DNA of 64,000 bases from Candidatus Melainabacteria bacterium 17Bon1m (GCA_032128875.1 JAVLKG010000007.1:32001-96000); one strand, 5' to 3'. Counted from the stretch's first letter, positions 40,071 through 50,995 are shown. Numbers and translations are program-made. Notes: generated from the letters alone by a model not told the origin.

Positions 40071-40982
40071 ATGCGACCACGCAAAATCACTATCGTTTTC
40101 AATCCGAAGGGCGGCTCGGCTAAGGTCAACACCGTGACCCAGCTCGCTCAAATCTTCCGCTCTCTCGGCATCGAGACGACTGTTGTTCATACCACCGCAG
40201 AGCCGGGCTCCGCGACAAAACTGGCTCGTCAGGCTGCGCTTGACGGTGCCAATGTCGTGATTCCGTTCGGCGGCGACGGCACTGTTCGTGCTGTGGCTGA
40301 GGGCCTCATCGGCACCGAAGCCGTGCTCGCGGTCTTCCCCGGCGGCACCGGCAACTTGTTTGCCCGGTCGTTCTACGCCAACCCGACCGTCGAGCAGTTC
40401 GCCGACATGGTGGTCAACGGCACTCCCCAGCCCATCGACATGGTCAAACTCGCCTACAGCGATGCGGCCGGTCAGGAGCACACGCAGTATCAGCTCGTGG
40501 CGCTCGGTCTGGGCAAGGTGTCGGATGCGATTTCGGAAGCGAATCCCTTCTTCAAGCGCATGTTCGGGAAGCTCGCTTATGTGGCGCGCGTCATCCGTGC
40601 CTGCCTCTCTCCCAACCCGCTGCGCTTCCGCCTCACGGCGAACGGCAAGGTTCGCGACAGCAGCGCGGCGGCGGTGTTCGTCCTCAATGTGACACCACCG
40701 ATGATGTCAGCACTGAGCCGGGGCGTTTCCGCTTCGGACGGGTTGCTCGACGTCGTCGTCATCAGCGGCGTGAACACCTGGCAGTTGATCGGCTTTGCCT
40801 GCGCAATGAGCTTCGGCCGTCCCGAAGGCAGCCGTCACTACCACAAGTTCCGCACCGAGGAGCTGACGATCGAATCTTCGGGACCAGTTATCCCGAACAT
40901 CGACGGCGACTCCGGCAAGCCCACGCAGTCCTTGCGCGTCACCAACGTCAAGGGCGCAATCAAGGCGATTCTCAGCTACTGA
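40071..40982 (+). CDS. Soluble diacylglycerol/lipid kinase family (YegS/DgkB-like)
   Basis: NPKGG, GGDGT, PGGTGNLFAR, DGLLDV, NIDGD. Confidence 0.93.
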   Translation: MRPRKITIVFNPKGGSAKVNTVTQLAQIFRSLGIETTVVHTTAEPGSATKLARQAALDGANVVIPFGGDGTVRAVAEGLIGTEAVLAVFPGGTGNLFARSFYANPTVEQFADMVVNGTPQPIDMVKLAYSDAAGQEHTQYQLVALGLGKVSDAISEANPFFKRMFGKLAYVARVIRACLSPNPLRFRLTANGKVRDSSAAAVFVLNVTPPMMSALSRGVSASDGLLDVVVISGVNTWQLIGFACAMSFGRPEGSRHYHKFRTEELTIESSGPVIPNIDGDSGKPTQSLRVTNVKGAIKAILSY

Positions 40983-41114
40983 GTGTCGCAAGGCGGAATG
41001 CGTCCTAACGCGTTCTTGCCAACAATGTCCATTCTTCACCGCGCAAGCACCGGCTCTGATTCGCTCAGAGTCCGGTTCTTCGCACAAATACTCCAACTCT
41101 GGAGGTACCAAACT

Positions 41115-42041
41115 GTGAATATCGAAAACATTCTGGCCGTGCTGGCAGACCACTGGGTCTGGCTGGCAGTCGTGCTGGCAGTCGCTACTCTCGGGCTGTA
41201 CGTCGCCAAACGCTACAGCTTCTGGAAGGGCGAAGCCAAAAAGTTGCTGGATGGCGGCTATCTGCCGGCCCCGCCGACTTTTCTGGCGCGCCTCTTCTTC
41301 GCCATGGCTACCAGGTTGATTGTCTTCCTGGTCGTCGGGCCCGTGAAGGTCGTTGGTCGTAAGAACGCCCGCTATGACGGCAGGCTCTTGATCGCACCCA
41401 ACCACACTTTCCAAATGGACTTTGCGGTGACGCGTACGGCTCTGCCGTGCCACTACACGCAAATCGCCAAACAGGCTGAAGTGCAGGGCGCGCGCGCCAT
41501 CTTCGCTGCCTGGGTCGGCACCATCGCCGCCAAGGTCGAAGGCGGTTCGGCAAAACCCGGTCAGGGTGCGGCAGTCGTTAAGGCAGCCGCCAACTACCTG
41601 GCTTCGCGCTCCGACACCCGCCTGCTGCTCTTCCCGCAGGGCAAGCTCGTTTACGACAACGTGCTGCGCCCCGAGGACTTCCGTACGGGAGCGGCTCGCA
41701 CCATGGCTCTGGCTGTCAAACAGCTGGGCACGGACGAGTCTGTTGCACTCCTTCCTGTCGGGCTTCACTACAAGCGCGATCCGAAGCACGCCTCGCTGTT
41801 CCAGCGTGCGGTCGGAGCAATCGCGCGCGTCATACCACCCCTCAAGAAGTTCCGCACGTGGGCTGATGTGACGAAGAACCCCGATGGTTCGAAGAACGTC
41901 AACAAGTTCCGCAATTACGGCGCCACCGTCGTGATCGGGGAGCCCATCCCGTTTTCCTCACTGCCCGAAGATCCCCATGAATGCTCGCAGTTCATGCGAG
42001 CCAAGATTCAGGAGTTGCTGGATCAAGCTGAAAAGCTGTAA
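41115..42041 (+). CDS. Lysophospholipid acyltransferase (PlsC-like)
   Basis: NHTFQMD (HX4D), FPQG, FRTGAAR; GGAGG precedes GTG 41115. Confidence 0.9.
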   Translation: MNIENILAVLADHWVWLAVVLAVATLGLYVAKRYSFWKGEAKKLLDGGYLPAPPTFLARLFFAMATRLIVFLVVGPVKVVGRKNARYDGRLLIAPNHTFQMDFAVTRTALPCHYTQIAKQAEVQGARAIFAAWVGTIAAKVEGGSAKPGQGAAVVKAAANYLASRSDTRLLLFPQGKLVYDNVLRPEDFRTGAARTMALAVKQLGTDESVALLPVGLHYKRDPKHASLFQRAVGAIARVIPPLKKFRTWADVTKNPDGSKNVNKFRNYGATVVIGEPIPFSSLPEDPHECSQFMRAKIQELLDQAEKL

Positions 42042-42084
42042 TTCAGCAGCCCTGCTTCTTGCTAGATAGCAAGGAATCAGGACT

Positions 42085-42915
42085 ATGAGTATCTCAATCA
42101 TCATCGCGATTGCTGCGGTGAGCCTAGTGGCGCTCAGCCTGGTGTGGAAGTATGCGGTGACTCCGCGCGTAAAGCGCTGGAAAGAGTACACCAAGCAGCT
42201 TGCCACCTGCGGGTATCTGGCGCCTCCGCCGACGGACAAAGGGCTGCGTGGACTGCAGCGTTTCTCGCGGTTCATGACCTTCCTCCAGGTCGGCAAAATT
42301 CAGGTTGTTGGGCGGGAAAACCTGGACTCAGTGCCAGGTCCGTTCATGTACTCGTCGAACCATCCCTTCGGTGTTGACGTGGCGGTAATCCCGCTCGTCA
42401 TCAACCGGAAGGCTCGCTACATGGCGCACGAAACCGTGTTCACTTTCGCAGGTGGACTGGGCGCGCACATCGTCGGGCCGTGGGGTGCCTTCGTTGCACA
42501 TGACAGCATCCGCGATGGCGGTGTGCGTGCTCGTGCCGCTGCGACGAAGGTTTTGACGACGGGGCAGAATCTCGTCCTTCTGCCTGAAGGTCTCACCAAC
42601 ATGGAACCAACCATGTTGCCGTTCAAGGACGGCGCAGTTCGTATCATCAAGCAAGCCGCGAAGGAACTGGGTCGCGACGTGTGGATCATGCCTGCTTACA
42701 TGCGCTACGGGGCTTACCCGGGCAAGTGGATTCAGAAGCTCCCGCGTCCGATTCAGTACACCCTGACGATGCTGCTCTTCCCGTTCTACCGCCGCGGCGT
42801 CAAGGTCGTGATCGGCAAGCCGATTGCAGCCAGCCAGTTCTCGGCGGATGACGCGGAAGCGACTCTGCAGCTTCGCGCTGCCATCGAGGCTCTCGACCCG
42901 AAAACGGTCAAGTAA
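42085..42915 (+). CDS. Lysophospholipid acyltransferase (PlsC-like), tandem paralog
   Basis: NHPFGVD, LPEG, PFKDGA; shares GYLxxPP after the N-terminal TM with the upstream paralog. Confidence 0.9.
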   Translation: MSISIIIAIAAVSLVALSLVWKYAVTPRVKRWKEYTKQLATCGYLAPPPTDKGLRGLQRFSRFMTFLQVGKIQVVGRENLDSVPGPFMYSSNHPFGVDVAVIPLVINRKARYMAHETVFTFAGGLGAHIVGPWGAFVAHDSIRDGGVRARAAATKVLTTGQNLVLLPEGLTNMEPTMLPFKDGAVRIIKQAAKELGRDVWIMPAYMRYGAYPGKWIQKLPRPIQYTLTMLLFPFYRRGVKVVIGKPIAASQFSADDAEATLQLRAAIEALDPKTVK

Positions 42916-43005
42916 GAGAGCAAACATCCACAACTTCCCAGGCCGGGGCACGTTGAAGCGACCTATACGGCGACTCTTCGTGCCCCGGTTCTTTCTAGGA
43001 CAAAT

Positions 43006-43329
43006 ATGCGCAAATTCGGAAACCTGCTGTACTGGGTGGCTTTCGCCATCGGTGCAGTCTTCCTCGTGGGCTCGACTTTCCCGCAAGCGCCGACCGGCGC
43101 CGCCTCGGGATTCCACGCCCTGATAGCATTCGGTGCCGCGTTCCTGCTGTCGGTCTTCGAAAAGGGCAACAAGACTGCCCTCCAGAAGATCTTCCTGGCA
43201 GCGTTCGGCGCCTTCGCAACCGGCGCAATCGCATACAGCCTTGGCTGGATCGGTTTTGTCGGCGCCTGCCTCAGCATGTTCATGGTCGCCACCATGAAGC
43301 TGGACGGCGGCGACCGAGACGCTGGTTAA
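43006..43329 (+). CDS. Small 4-TM membrane protein
   Basis: AGGA RBS; four hydrophobic segments. Confidence 0.7.
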   Translation: MRKFGNLLYWVAFAIGAVFLVGSTFPQAPTGAASGFHALIAFGAAFLLSVFEKGNKTALQKIFLAAFGAFATGAIAYSLGWIGFVGACLSMFMVATMKLDGGDRDAG

Positions 43330-43456
43330 CACCGGCGCCTTGCATGTTCTCAAACTACAGCGAAAGCTAGGTGGAGGCGACCGGATCTGAAGTCGGAAAC
43401 GATGGAAGGTCCTGTCGCTTTTCACTTTCTTTGGAGTATCGAAAGGACTAAATGCC

Positions 43457-45283
43457 ATGAGACCCTCAACACTAACGGCCACTGACACGCTGCAGACGAC
43501 GTCAGGCGATGCCCTCGGATATCAACGCCCGCAATTGAGACGCGCATTCTGGCAGTCTCTCAACGGGCTCTGGCAGTTTTCTATCGACCGCGACAATACT
43601 CGCACCCAACCGAATCAGGTCGCGTTCGACCAACAGATCACGGTGCCTTTCGCACCCGAAACAGAAGCGAGCGGCATCAACGACACCGGTCTCTACCGGC
43701 GCGTCTGGTACCGCCGGCGGTTCACAGCTCCGCGCCTTACCAGAGGCGAACGGCTGCTCATCCACTTCGGTGCCGTCGACTACGCTGCGAAGGTCTGGAT
43801 CAACGGCAAGCCCGCCGCCGAACATGAAGGCGGATACACGCCCTTCTCCATCGATGCCACCGACTTTCTCAAGCGCGGCAACGCTGAGCAGGAAATTGTC
43901 GTGCGCGCCGACGACGACCCATTCGATCTTTCCAAACCGCGCGGCAAACAAGACTGGGAGCTGAACGCTCACTCGATCTGGTATCCGCGCACAACGGGCA
44001 TCTGGCAGCCGGTCTGGCTGGAAAAGGTGCCGCAGACCCATATCGTGGCGATCAAATGGACCTCGTCCGTCGAACGCTTCGAAATCGGTCTCACCGTGAC
44101 GCTTTCGGAAGCAACGCGCCCGGGCTCTCGCTTGAGCGTCAAGCTGGAAGCCGACGGGAAGACTCTGGTCGATGACACCTACACCGTGAGCGAAGCGGAA
44201 GCGAATCAGCACGAGCTGTCGCGACGCATCAGCATTCCGGACGGCGGCATCGACGACATTCGTGCGCGCCTGCTCTGGAGCGTTCACAACCCCAAGCTGA
44301 TCGACGCTCACCTGGTTCTTTCCGAACCCGGCGCCAAAAGCGAAAAGTCAGCCGACCGCGTGGAGAGCTACGCCTCGATTCGTTCGATCGAAGTGCAGCG
44401 TAATCGCTTCTGCGTGAACGATCGCCCAGAAACGCTACGCCTCGTTCTCAACCAGGGCTACTGGGAAAAGACAGGCATGACGCCTCCTGACGATGCGGCT
44501 CTGCAGAAGGACATTGAACTGATCAAGTCGATGGGCTTCAACGGCGTGCGCATGCACCAGAAGATCGAATGCCCGCGGTTTCTCTACTGGGCGGACAAGC
44601 TCGGGCTCTACGTCTGGGAAGAAATGCCCAGCGCTTACGCCTACAGCGATAAGACCGTCGAGCGCGTCAGTTCGCAGTGGATCGAAGCCATCAAGCGCGA
44701 TGCGAGCCATCCTTGCATCGTTGCCTGGGTGCCGATCAACGAGTCCTGGGGCGTGCCAAGCCTGTCTCAGGTCGATGCGCAGAGGCGCTTTGTCGCCTCC
44801 ATGTATCACCTGACCAAGTCGCTAGACTCCTCGCGACCGGTCATCGGCAACGATGGATGGGAGATGGTGGAAACAGACATCATCGCCATTCACGACTACC
44901 ACCACAACCCGGATGTACTGGAGGAGCGGTATCGTAATGATGCTGCCACCATCGAGCGCACGCTGCGCTTGGAACGTCCCGGACACCGCCTGCTTTTGCT
45001 CGAAGGGCTGCAGCACGACGAGCGTCCGCTCATGCTTACCGAATTCGGCGGCATCAAGCTGTCCGCAGACGAGTCGGCATGGGGCTATTCGGTGGCACGC
45101 AACGAGGAAGAGCTCAAGCAGCTCTATCTTCGATTGATGACTGCCATCAATCGCCTGCCAATCCTGGCGGGGTTCTGCTACACGCAGTTCACCGACACCT
45201 ACCAGGAAGCAAACGGGCTGGTGAAGATGGACCGCACGCCGAAGTTCGACCTCGAGGAAATGAAACGCGCCACCCGCGGCTAA
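43457..45283 (+). CDS. Glycoside hydrolase family 2 protein
   Basis: LNGLWQF, HFGAVDY, HEGGYTPF, PRGKQ, GFNGVRMHQK, INESW (acid/base), LTEFGG (nucleophile). Confidence 0.95.
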   Translation: MRPSTLTATDTLQTTSGDALGYQRPQLRRAFWQSLNGLWQFSIDRDNTRTQPNQVAFDQQITVPFAPETEASGINDTGLYRRVWYRRRFTAPRLTRGERLLIHFGAVDYAAKVWINGKPAAEHEGGYTPFSIDATDFLKRGNAEQEIVVRADDDPFDLSKPRGKQDWELNAHSIWYPRTTGIWQPVWLEKVPQTHIVAIKWTSSVERFEIGLTVTLSEATRPGSRLSVKLEADGKTLVDDTYTVSEAEANQHELSRRISIPDGGIDDIRARLLWSVHNPKLIDAHLVLSEPGAKSEKSADRVESYASIRSIEVQRNRFCVNDRPETLRLVLNQGYWEKTGMTPPDDAALQKDIELIKSMGFNGVRMHQKIECPRFLYWADKLGLYVWEEMPSAYAYSDKTVERVSSQWIEAIKRDASHPCIVAWVPINESWGVPSLSQVDAQRRFVASMYHLTKSLDSSRPVIGNDGWEMVETDIIAIHDYHHNPDVLEERYRNDAATIERTLRLERPGHRLLLLEGLQHDERPLMLTEFGGIKLSADESAWGYSVARNEEELKQLYLRLMTAINRLPILAGFCYTQFTDTYQEANGLVKMDRTPKFDLEEMKRATRG

Positions 45284-45411
45284 CGCTGGAGGCTCGCATC
45301 ACTCGAGGCTTTAGCCTCAATGGAAGGACTGGGCGCAACCCCAATCCTTCCATTTTTTTCGGCACTTTATACTATACGTTTCAGTATCTCCAAATCTGCT
45401 AAACTCCTATC

Positions 45412-46170
45412 GTGCTTACTTTTCACGTCATTACGCTATTTCCCGATTTGCTCACCACCTACACAGGCGTGAGCGTGATTGGGCGCGGCATAAAAGCTGA
45501 GCGACTAGCGGTTAAAACCTACAATCCACGCGATTTTTGCGCCGACAAGTACAAAAAAGTCGATGATACGCCTTATGGTGGCGGCGCCGGCATGGTTTTA
45601 AAGCCAGAGCCATTCTTCGCTGCATACGAGTCGATTTGCAAGGCTGTTGGAGATGATGAAAAACAGCGTGCAATGCCTGTTTTACTCATGAGTCCGCAGG
45701 GACAACCATTCAAGCAAGCAACAGCGCAAAGCCTGTCTGAGCAAACGGACATCGCGATAATCTGCGGTCATTATGAGGGTTTTGATGAGCGCATCAGAAC
45801 CATCGCCACGCAAGAAATCTGCATTGGCGACTATATTCTCACCGGTGGCGAGCTGGCCTCTCTCGTTGTTATAGACGCGGTCGGCAGGCTTATTCCGGGT
45901 GTACTTGGCAAAATCGCATCAGTGCACGATGAGTCGTTTTCCGATGGCATTCTCGAGGCTCCCCAATACACTAAGCCGCCAGAGTTTAGAGGCATGGAAG
46001 TGCCGGAGATTCTTCGAGGCGGAGACCACAAAGCCATAACGACCTGGCGCCGCAAACAGGCGTTATTGAGAACAATGAAACGCCGCCCGGACTTGTTGGA
46101 AAAAGCGGAATTATCAGCTGCTGACCGCAAACTTCTCGATGAGATTGAATTAGAACTCGAGGGTAACTAA
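45412..46170 (+). CDS. trmD: tRNA (guanine37-N1)-methyltransferase
   Basis: ITLFP, VDDTPYGGGAGMVLKPEP, ICGHYEGFDER, IGDYILTGGE, PQYTKP. Confidence 0.99.
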   Translation: MLTFHVITLFPDLLTTYTGVSVIGRGIKAERLAVKTYNPRDFCADKYKKVDDTPYGGGAGMVLKPEPFFAAYESICKAVGDDEKQRAMPVLLMSPQGQPFKQATAQSLSEQTDIAIICGHYEGFDERIRTIATQEICIGDYILTGGELASLVVIDAVGRLIPGVLGKIASVHDESFSDGILEAPQYTKPPEFRGMEVPEILRGGDHKAITTWRRKQALLRTMKRRPDLLEKAELSAADRKLLDEIELELEGN

Positions 46171-46238
46171 AGAGCTTCAACGAGCCGCATAGTGGCTTTC
46201 CGGGTATAACATCTCGGGGTTCGGGCTTTGCCGTAATC

Positions 46239-48623
46239 ATGGATCAGGACAATAAACTCGATTCAAAACTAAGAGTTGCCGACAATGCACGCATGCAATG
46301 TCCAAAGTGCAAGGCGCTCTATGCGAGCAACGTTGCATTTTGCACGACCGACGGAACCAAGCTTGAGAAAAGCGAGACTTCAAGCGCAACCTCAGCCGTA
46401 TTCGCGGAAAAATACGAAATACTGAATGAAATCGGCAGTGGTGGCATGGGCACGGTTTATCGTGTCCGCCAAATAATGATCAATAAAATCTGCGCTCTCA
46501 AAGTAATTCCAGCCGACTCACTCAATGATGTGTTGATTAGCCGTTTTCAGCGTGAAGCAAAAATGATGGCGTCACTCGACCATGTAAATCTCGGACGTGT
46601 TTTTGACTTCGGTATTTTCCAAAATCAACCATACATGGTAATGGAATATGTCGATGGAATACCGCTCAACAAGCAGATCTCCGAAGGCGTGTTGCAACCG
46701 GAAGAAGCAATCGACATTTTCGGACAAGTACTGGAAGCCTTAGCGCATGCGCATAAGAAAAACGTTTTACACAGGGATGTAAAACCAAGCAATATCATGA
46801 TTATGCAGTTAAATCCGAACGCTCAATCAGAGACATCTCGTGTGCGTCGAGCAATACTTCTAGACTTCGGTATCGCCAAAAAATTTGACACAGAGGAAGA
46901 TGCGAGCATAGCCGAGAAGAGCAAAACACAAGCTCTGACTCGCACCGGTGAAATGATCGGAAGTCCTCTCTACATGAGCCCCGAACAAGCTCACGGAGAA
47001 AAAATGACAGAGCGCTCGGATTTATACAGCGTCGGTTGCTCTCTCTTCGAATCTCTAACAGGAACACCCCCGTTCGTCGGAAAATCAACTGTCGACACTC
47101 TCATTCTGCATATGGAAAAGCCGGCACCCACCCTGAAAGAAGCCTCGCTGGGCAAGGACTTTCCAGCAGGACTAGAACGAGTGGTCCATACGCTGTTGGC
47201 AAAAAATCCTCAAGACCGCTATCAATCAGCAGACGAAGCGAGACGCGCTCTAGCTCTTTGTCTTACAAGCGGCGCCGAAGCATTGGAACCATCCTCAGTC
47301 AAACCTCAACATGCTATTAGTCCCAAACTTATGTTGTTGGGCGCTATGTCAGTGATCGCAACAATTTCAATCGTTGCCTATCTAACAACCCAAGGAGAAC
47401 ATTCACTGAGAAAGTCTGCATTACCACCTGAAGGTGCTGATGCCATCCAACTGGACAAGACAGCGATTGCAGTCGTCAACGGAATTTTCACAGAAGACGA
47501 AAAGAAGCAAAAACTCAAGCGCCAGAAAAGCAAGGAAGATTCGGATACCGATGAAGATGAGTACGAGGACGACGAAAACCCAATCCAATATAAATTAGAA
47601 GACGAAAAACTTTTGAGCGCTGAAAAGATAATCGGCAACGAAAGAGTGCTCACGTTGCGCGGAAGAAAGCTCAGCAGCGAAGACGTTCGCCTGATTGAAC
47701 AGAACAAAAACATTCAAGTGCTGGGCTTGGTAAGCGCAACTTATCCCCATGAGATGCTGGGCCGTCTGTCCAGCAAGGTACGAGTATTGCGCCTTTCCGA
47801 CACTAACTTGACTGATGATGACCTAAAACTTGTCGGTAAAAATATTTATCTCAATGTCCTTCTGACTAACGCAAACCCTGTTACCAACAAAGGGCTTAGA
47901 CATCTGACTCAATTAAGGTTTCTCTGGCTGTTGGACATAGGCAACACTCAAATTGACGCCACTGGAATTCGTGAACTCAGGCAATTACCAAGCCTGGCTC
48001 AGCTTTCGGTAAAAAACAGCATCTTGATGGACGACGACGCTGCCAGAGAAATTTCAGCACTGGTTGGACTACGCTCACTCAACATGAGTCAAACCAAGGT
48101 AAGCGGCAAAGGTATCTCTCAATTGGCTCATATACCAATGCTTGTTACTCTCTTCCTGGTATCAAACAGGCTCGGGTCCAAGGATTTGGCTGGATTGAAA
48201 GATTGCATCGGGCTGAAGACTTTGGTATTAACGCACAATAAAATTTCCGGTGACGGGCTGAAATATCTTCTGCCACTCAAACACTTGGTCAGTCTTGATC
48301 TAGACCGCAATCCAATCACCGATGAAGGCACAAGTCACTTACTGAAAATGCAGCAACTTCAACATCTGAATATATCTGCCACCAAACTGTCCAAGCAAGG
48401 TGTCATGCGCCTTTCCGCGCTGCCTAACTTGAAGGAGATTTTTGTGCGAAACGTCGACGAAATTGACGAAACTTTCGCTCATGAGTTTCTGACCCGTTGC
48501 AAATCGTGCGACAAATTCGTCTACTTGAGACCGAAAGGCGCAGAATATACCCGCAAAGAATGGTTTTTGGACGAGAAGAGAAAGCAGCACGAGCAGAACG
48601 AAAGCGCTCCCAGCGTCGAATAA
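46239..48623 (+). CDS. Hanks-type Ser/Thr kinase: zinc ribbon - kinase - TM - leucine-rich repeats
   Basis: CPKC..CTTDG, GSGGMG.VY, HRDVKPSN, DFG, YMSPEQ, TM, LxxLxLxxN/T repeats. Confidence 0.95.
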   Translation: MDQDNKLDSKLRVADNARMQCPKCKALYASNVAFCTTDGTKLEKSETSSATSAVFAEKYEILNEIGSGGMGTVYRVRQIMINKICALKVIPADSLNDVLISRFQREAKMMASLDHVNLGRVFDFGIFQNQPYMVMEYVDGIPLNKQISEGVLQPEEAIDIFGQVLEALAHAHKKNVLHRDVKPSNIMIMQLNPNAQSETSRVRRAILLDFGIAKKFDTEEDASIAEKSKTQALTRTGEMIGSPLYMSPEQAHGEKMTERSDLYSVGCSLFESLTGTPPFVGKSTVDTLILHMEKPAPTLKEASLGKDFPAGLERVVHTLLAKNPQDRYQSADEARRALALCLTSGAEALEPSSVKPQHAISPKLMLLGAMSVIATISIVAYLTTQGEHSLRKSALPPEGADAIQLDKTAIAVVNGIFTEDEKKQKLKRQKSKEDSDTDEDEYEDDENPIQYKLEDEKLLSAEKIIGNERVLTLRGRKLSSEDVRLIEQNKNIQVLGLVSATYPHEMLGRLSSKVRVLRLSDTNLTDDDLKLVGKNIYLNVLLTNANPVTNKGLRHLTQLRFLWLLDIGNTQIDATGIRELRQLPSLAQLSVKNSILMDDDAAREISALVGLRSLNMSQTKVSGKGISQLAHIPMLVTLFLVSNRLGSKDLAGLKDCIGLKTLVLTHNKISGDGLKYLLPLKHLVSLDLDRNPITDEGTSHLLKMQQLQHLNISATKLSKQGVMRLSALPNLKEIFVRNVDEIDETFAHEFLTRCKSCDKFVYLRPKGAEYTRKEWFLDEKRKQHEQNESAPSVE

Positions 48624-48703
48624 ATTTACCTCGAATTGCACATAGCACAATATCCCTGTATGCCCATGGGCGCGGGGTATAAGAACTATGGGGGTGAATT
48701 CGA

Positions 48704-50935
48704 ATGGAGCAGGATAAAACTGCACACCTGCGATCGGACCAAGAAGAAACATCGCTGCGCAAGTGTCCACAATGCGACACCATATTCAGCGCCATTACAT
48801 ACTGCCCAAATGACGGCACCAAGCTTGAATCTCACCACGCAGAAGGAATCGGCAGTGTCCTTTTCGCGGACAAATATCAGGTTATCGAAGAAATCGGCAA
48901 AGGCGGGATGGGCACAGTATACCGGGTCAAGCAGGTTTTGCTCGACAAGATTTTTGCACTCAAAGTAATTCCTTCCCATTACCTCAACGAACAGCTTGCC
49001 GTGCGCTTCCAGAGAGAGGCGCGTACTATGGCTTCGCTGGATCACCCCAACCTCGCTCGAATCTCGGACTTCGGGATCTGGCTCAATCAGCCGTTTATGG
49101 TCATGGAGTACATAGACGGCAACTCCCTTTCCAAACTGATTTCCGAGCGTGTAATACCACCAGCACAAGCGGTGGAGTTATTCTCACAAGTTTTGGACGG
49201 GCTCACTCATGCTCATGAGAGAGGCGTTCTGCACAGAGATATCAAACCGAGCAACATTATGATTCAGAGCGAAAACGGCGTTAATAAAGCAGTTTTGCTC
49301 GATTTCGGAATTGCAAAAAAGATTGACTCGCAAGATGGAGTTGTTTCAACTCAAGCACTTACACGTACCGGTGAAATGATTGGAAGCCCGCTTTACATGA
49401 GCCCCGAGCAGGCGCGCGGAGACAAGCTAACGGAGCGATCTGATCTATACAGCCTTGGCTGCGCAATGTTTGAAAGTTTGACAGGAACACCACCATTCGT
49501 CGGCAAGACAGCGGTGGAAACCTTCTTCTTGCACATCGAGCAAACGCCCCCGACATTAAAAGAAGCCGCTCTCGGACGCGAATTCACCCCTGGGTTAGAA
49601 ACAGTAATCAGAAAACTGCTCGCCAAAAATCCGGACGACCGCTTCGTTTCAGCAGAAGAGCTGAAGCATGCTCTGGCTCTTTGTTTGCACAGCGAGCCCA
49701 TCCATCGAGAAGTAAAAATCGAGACAATCAAGAAAAAGACTACACCGATTCTGCCCATCGCAATTCTCGCAATCACCTCGATTATCCTTGTAAGCATCGT
49801 GGGTTTGCTCTTAGAACAAGGCGAAAAAACCTCGAAATTGCAAGCCAAGAAGCTGACCTTGCCTCCGGATCCGGCGATCAGGCTATTACCACTAGAAATT
49901 CCGAATGAAGTAATCAACAATGACAATGAAATCTCGCTTCACGCTGAAGCGAACAGAAACGGGCGTGTGACCAGAGGGAATGGCACTCTGATTCTCGACA
50001 GACAAATCATAGACGAGCGCGCTGCTGATGAAATCTCTCACAATCAAAGCTTACAAAAGCTGGGGATAAATTACAGCACTTTTCCAAAACACATGCTTTC
50101 AAACCTGCCGCGCAGGCTTGACTATCTGGAACTGATAGGGTCAGGACTCACCAGTGAAGACTTCAAGGCGATTGCGAAGAACAGGAGCATTCGCGAGCTC
50201 AACGTGCGAGTCAACGCCGTCGATGCGAGGTGCATCCAAAACCTTGCAGGCATGCCCAATTTGGAAGTACTTGATCTCAACGGCACACATATTGACGCAG
50301 CGGCATTGAAGGAATTAAAACTTCTCGAGAATTTGCGCGGGCTGGTTCTATCAGACAATGAGCTTATCGACGACCAGGCAATTATTCCCATAGCTTATCT
50401 GAAGAGTCTTGAATGGCTCGACATCAGCAATACGCGCGTCACTCCAAGAGGGTTGAAAACCCTATCTCGTCTGGAGAATTTAAAAAAGTTAGGCGTGAAA
50501 AAATTAGCACTAGCCGACGACGATGTTCAGGTATTGAACAATTTCAAAAATATAAAAGTACTCAAACTGGCAGGCAATTCGATCTCTTCAGAAGGATTTG
50601 AAACGCTCAAACCAACACCAATTTACACAGAACTCGACCTGAGCGAAACCTTGCTGGAAGACGATGCAGCCCCACATCTACTGAAATTCAAAAATCTAAA
50701 TTCCTTGCACATTTCGAAGACGAGAATAGCTGCAAGCGGTTTTCTCACTCTGCACAAACTGCCACTCACAGCGATATGGTGCAAGAAATGCAACATTTCC
50801 ATCAATCAGGCATACGAGTTTCTCGATAAATGCCCAACCTGCCAAGTCGTGTACTACACCCACAACGATGACGATGCTTTCACGCGCGAAGACTATCTGC
50901 GCGAAAAGGCAAAATTGTTACGTTCCAAACGCTAA
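48704..50935 (+). CDS. Hanks-type Ser/Thr kinase with TM and LRRs, tandem paralog
   Basis: CPQC..CPNDG, GKGGMG, HRDIKPSN, DFG, TQALTRTGEMIGSPLYMSPEQA identical to the upstream kinase, LRRs. Confidence 0.95.
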   Translation: MEQDKTAHLRSDQEETSLRKCPQCDTIFSAITYCPNDGTKLESHHAEGIGSVLFADKYQVIEEIGKGGMGTVYRVKQVLLDKIFALKVIPSHYLNEQLAVRFQREARTMASLDHPNLARISDFGIWLNQPFMVMEYIDGNSLSKLISERVIPPAQAVELFSQVLDGLTHAHERGVLHRDIKPSNIMIQSENGVNKAVLLDFGIAKKIDSQDGVVSTQALTRTGEMIGSPLYMSPEQARGDKLTERSDLYSLGCAMFESLTGTPPFVGKTAVETFFLHIEQTPPTLKEAALGREFTPGLETVIRKLLAKNPDDRFVSAEELKHALALCLHSEPIHREVKIETIKKKTTPILPIAILAITSIILVSIVGLLLEQGEKTSKLQAKKLTLPPDPAIRLLPLEIPNEVINNDNEISLHAEANRNGRVTRGNGTLILDRQIIDERAADEISHNQSLQKLGINYSTFPKHMLSNLPRRLDYLELIGSGLTSEDFKAIAKNRSIRELNVRVNAVDARCIQNLAGMPNLEVLDLNGTHIDAAALKELKLLENLRGLVLSDNELIDDQAIIPIAYLKSLEWLDISNTRVTPRGLKTLSRLENLKKLGVKKLALADDDVQVLNNFKNIKVLKLAGNSISSEGFETLKPTPIYTELDLSETLLEDDAAPHLLKFKNLNSLHISKTRIAASGFLTLHKLPLTAIWCKKCNISINQAYEFLDKCPTCQVVYYTHNDDDAFTREDYLREKAKLLRSKR

Positions 50936-50995
50936 TCAGCGCGCTCTTTGCCTTTACGTCAATGAAAATCGTTTGCCTCTAACCTGTCAGCGCGT

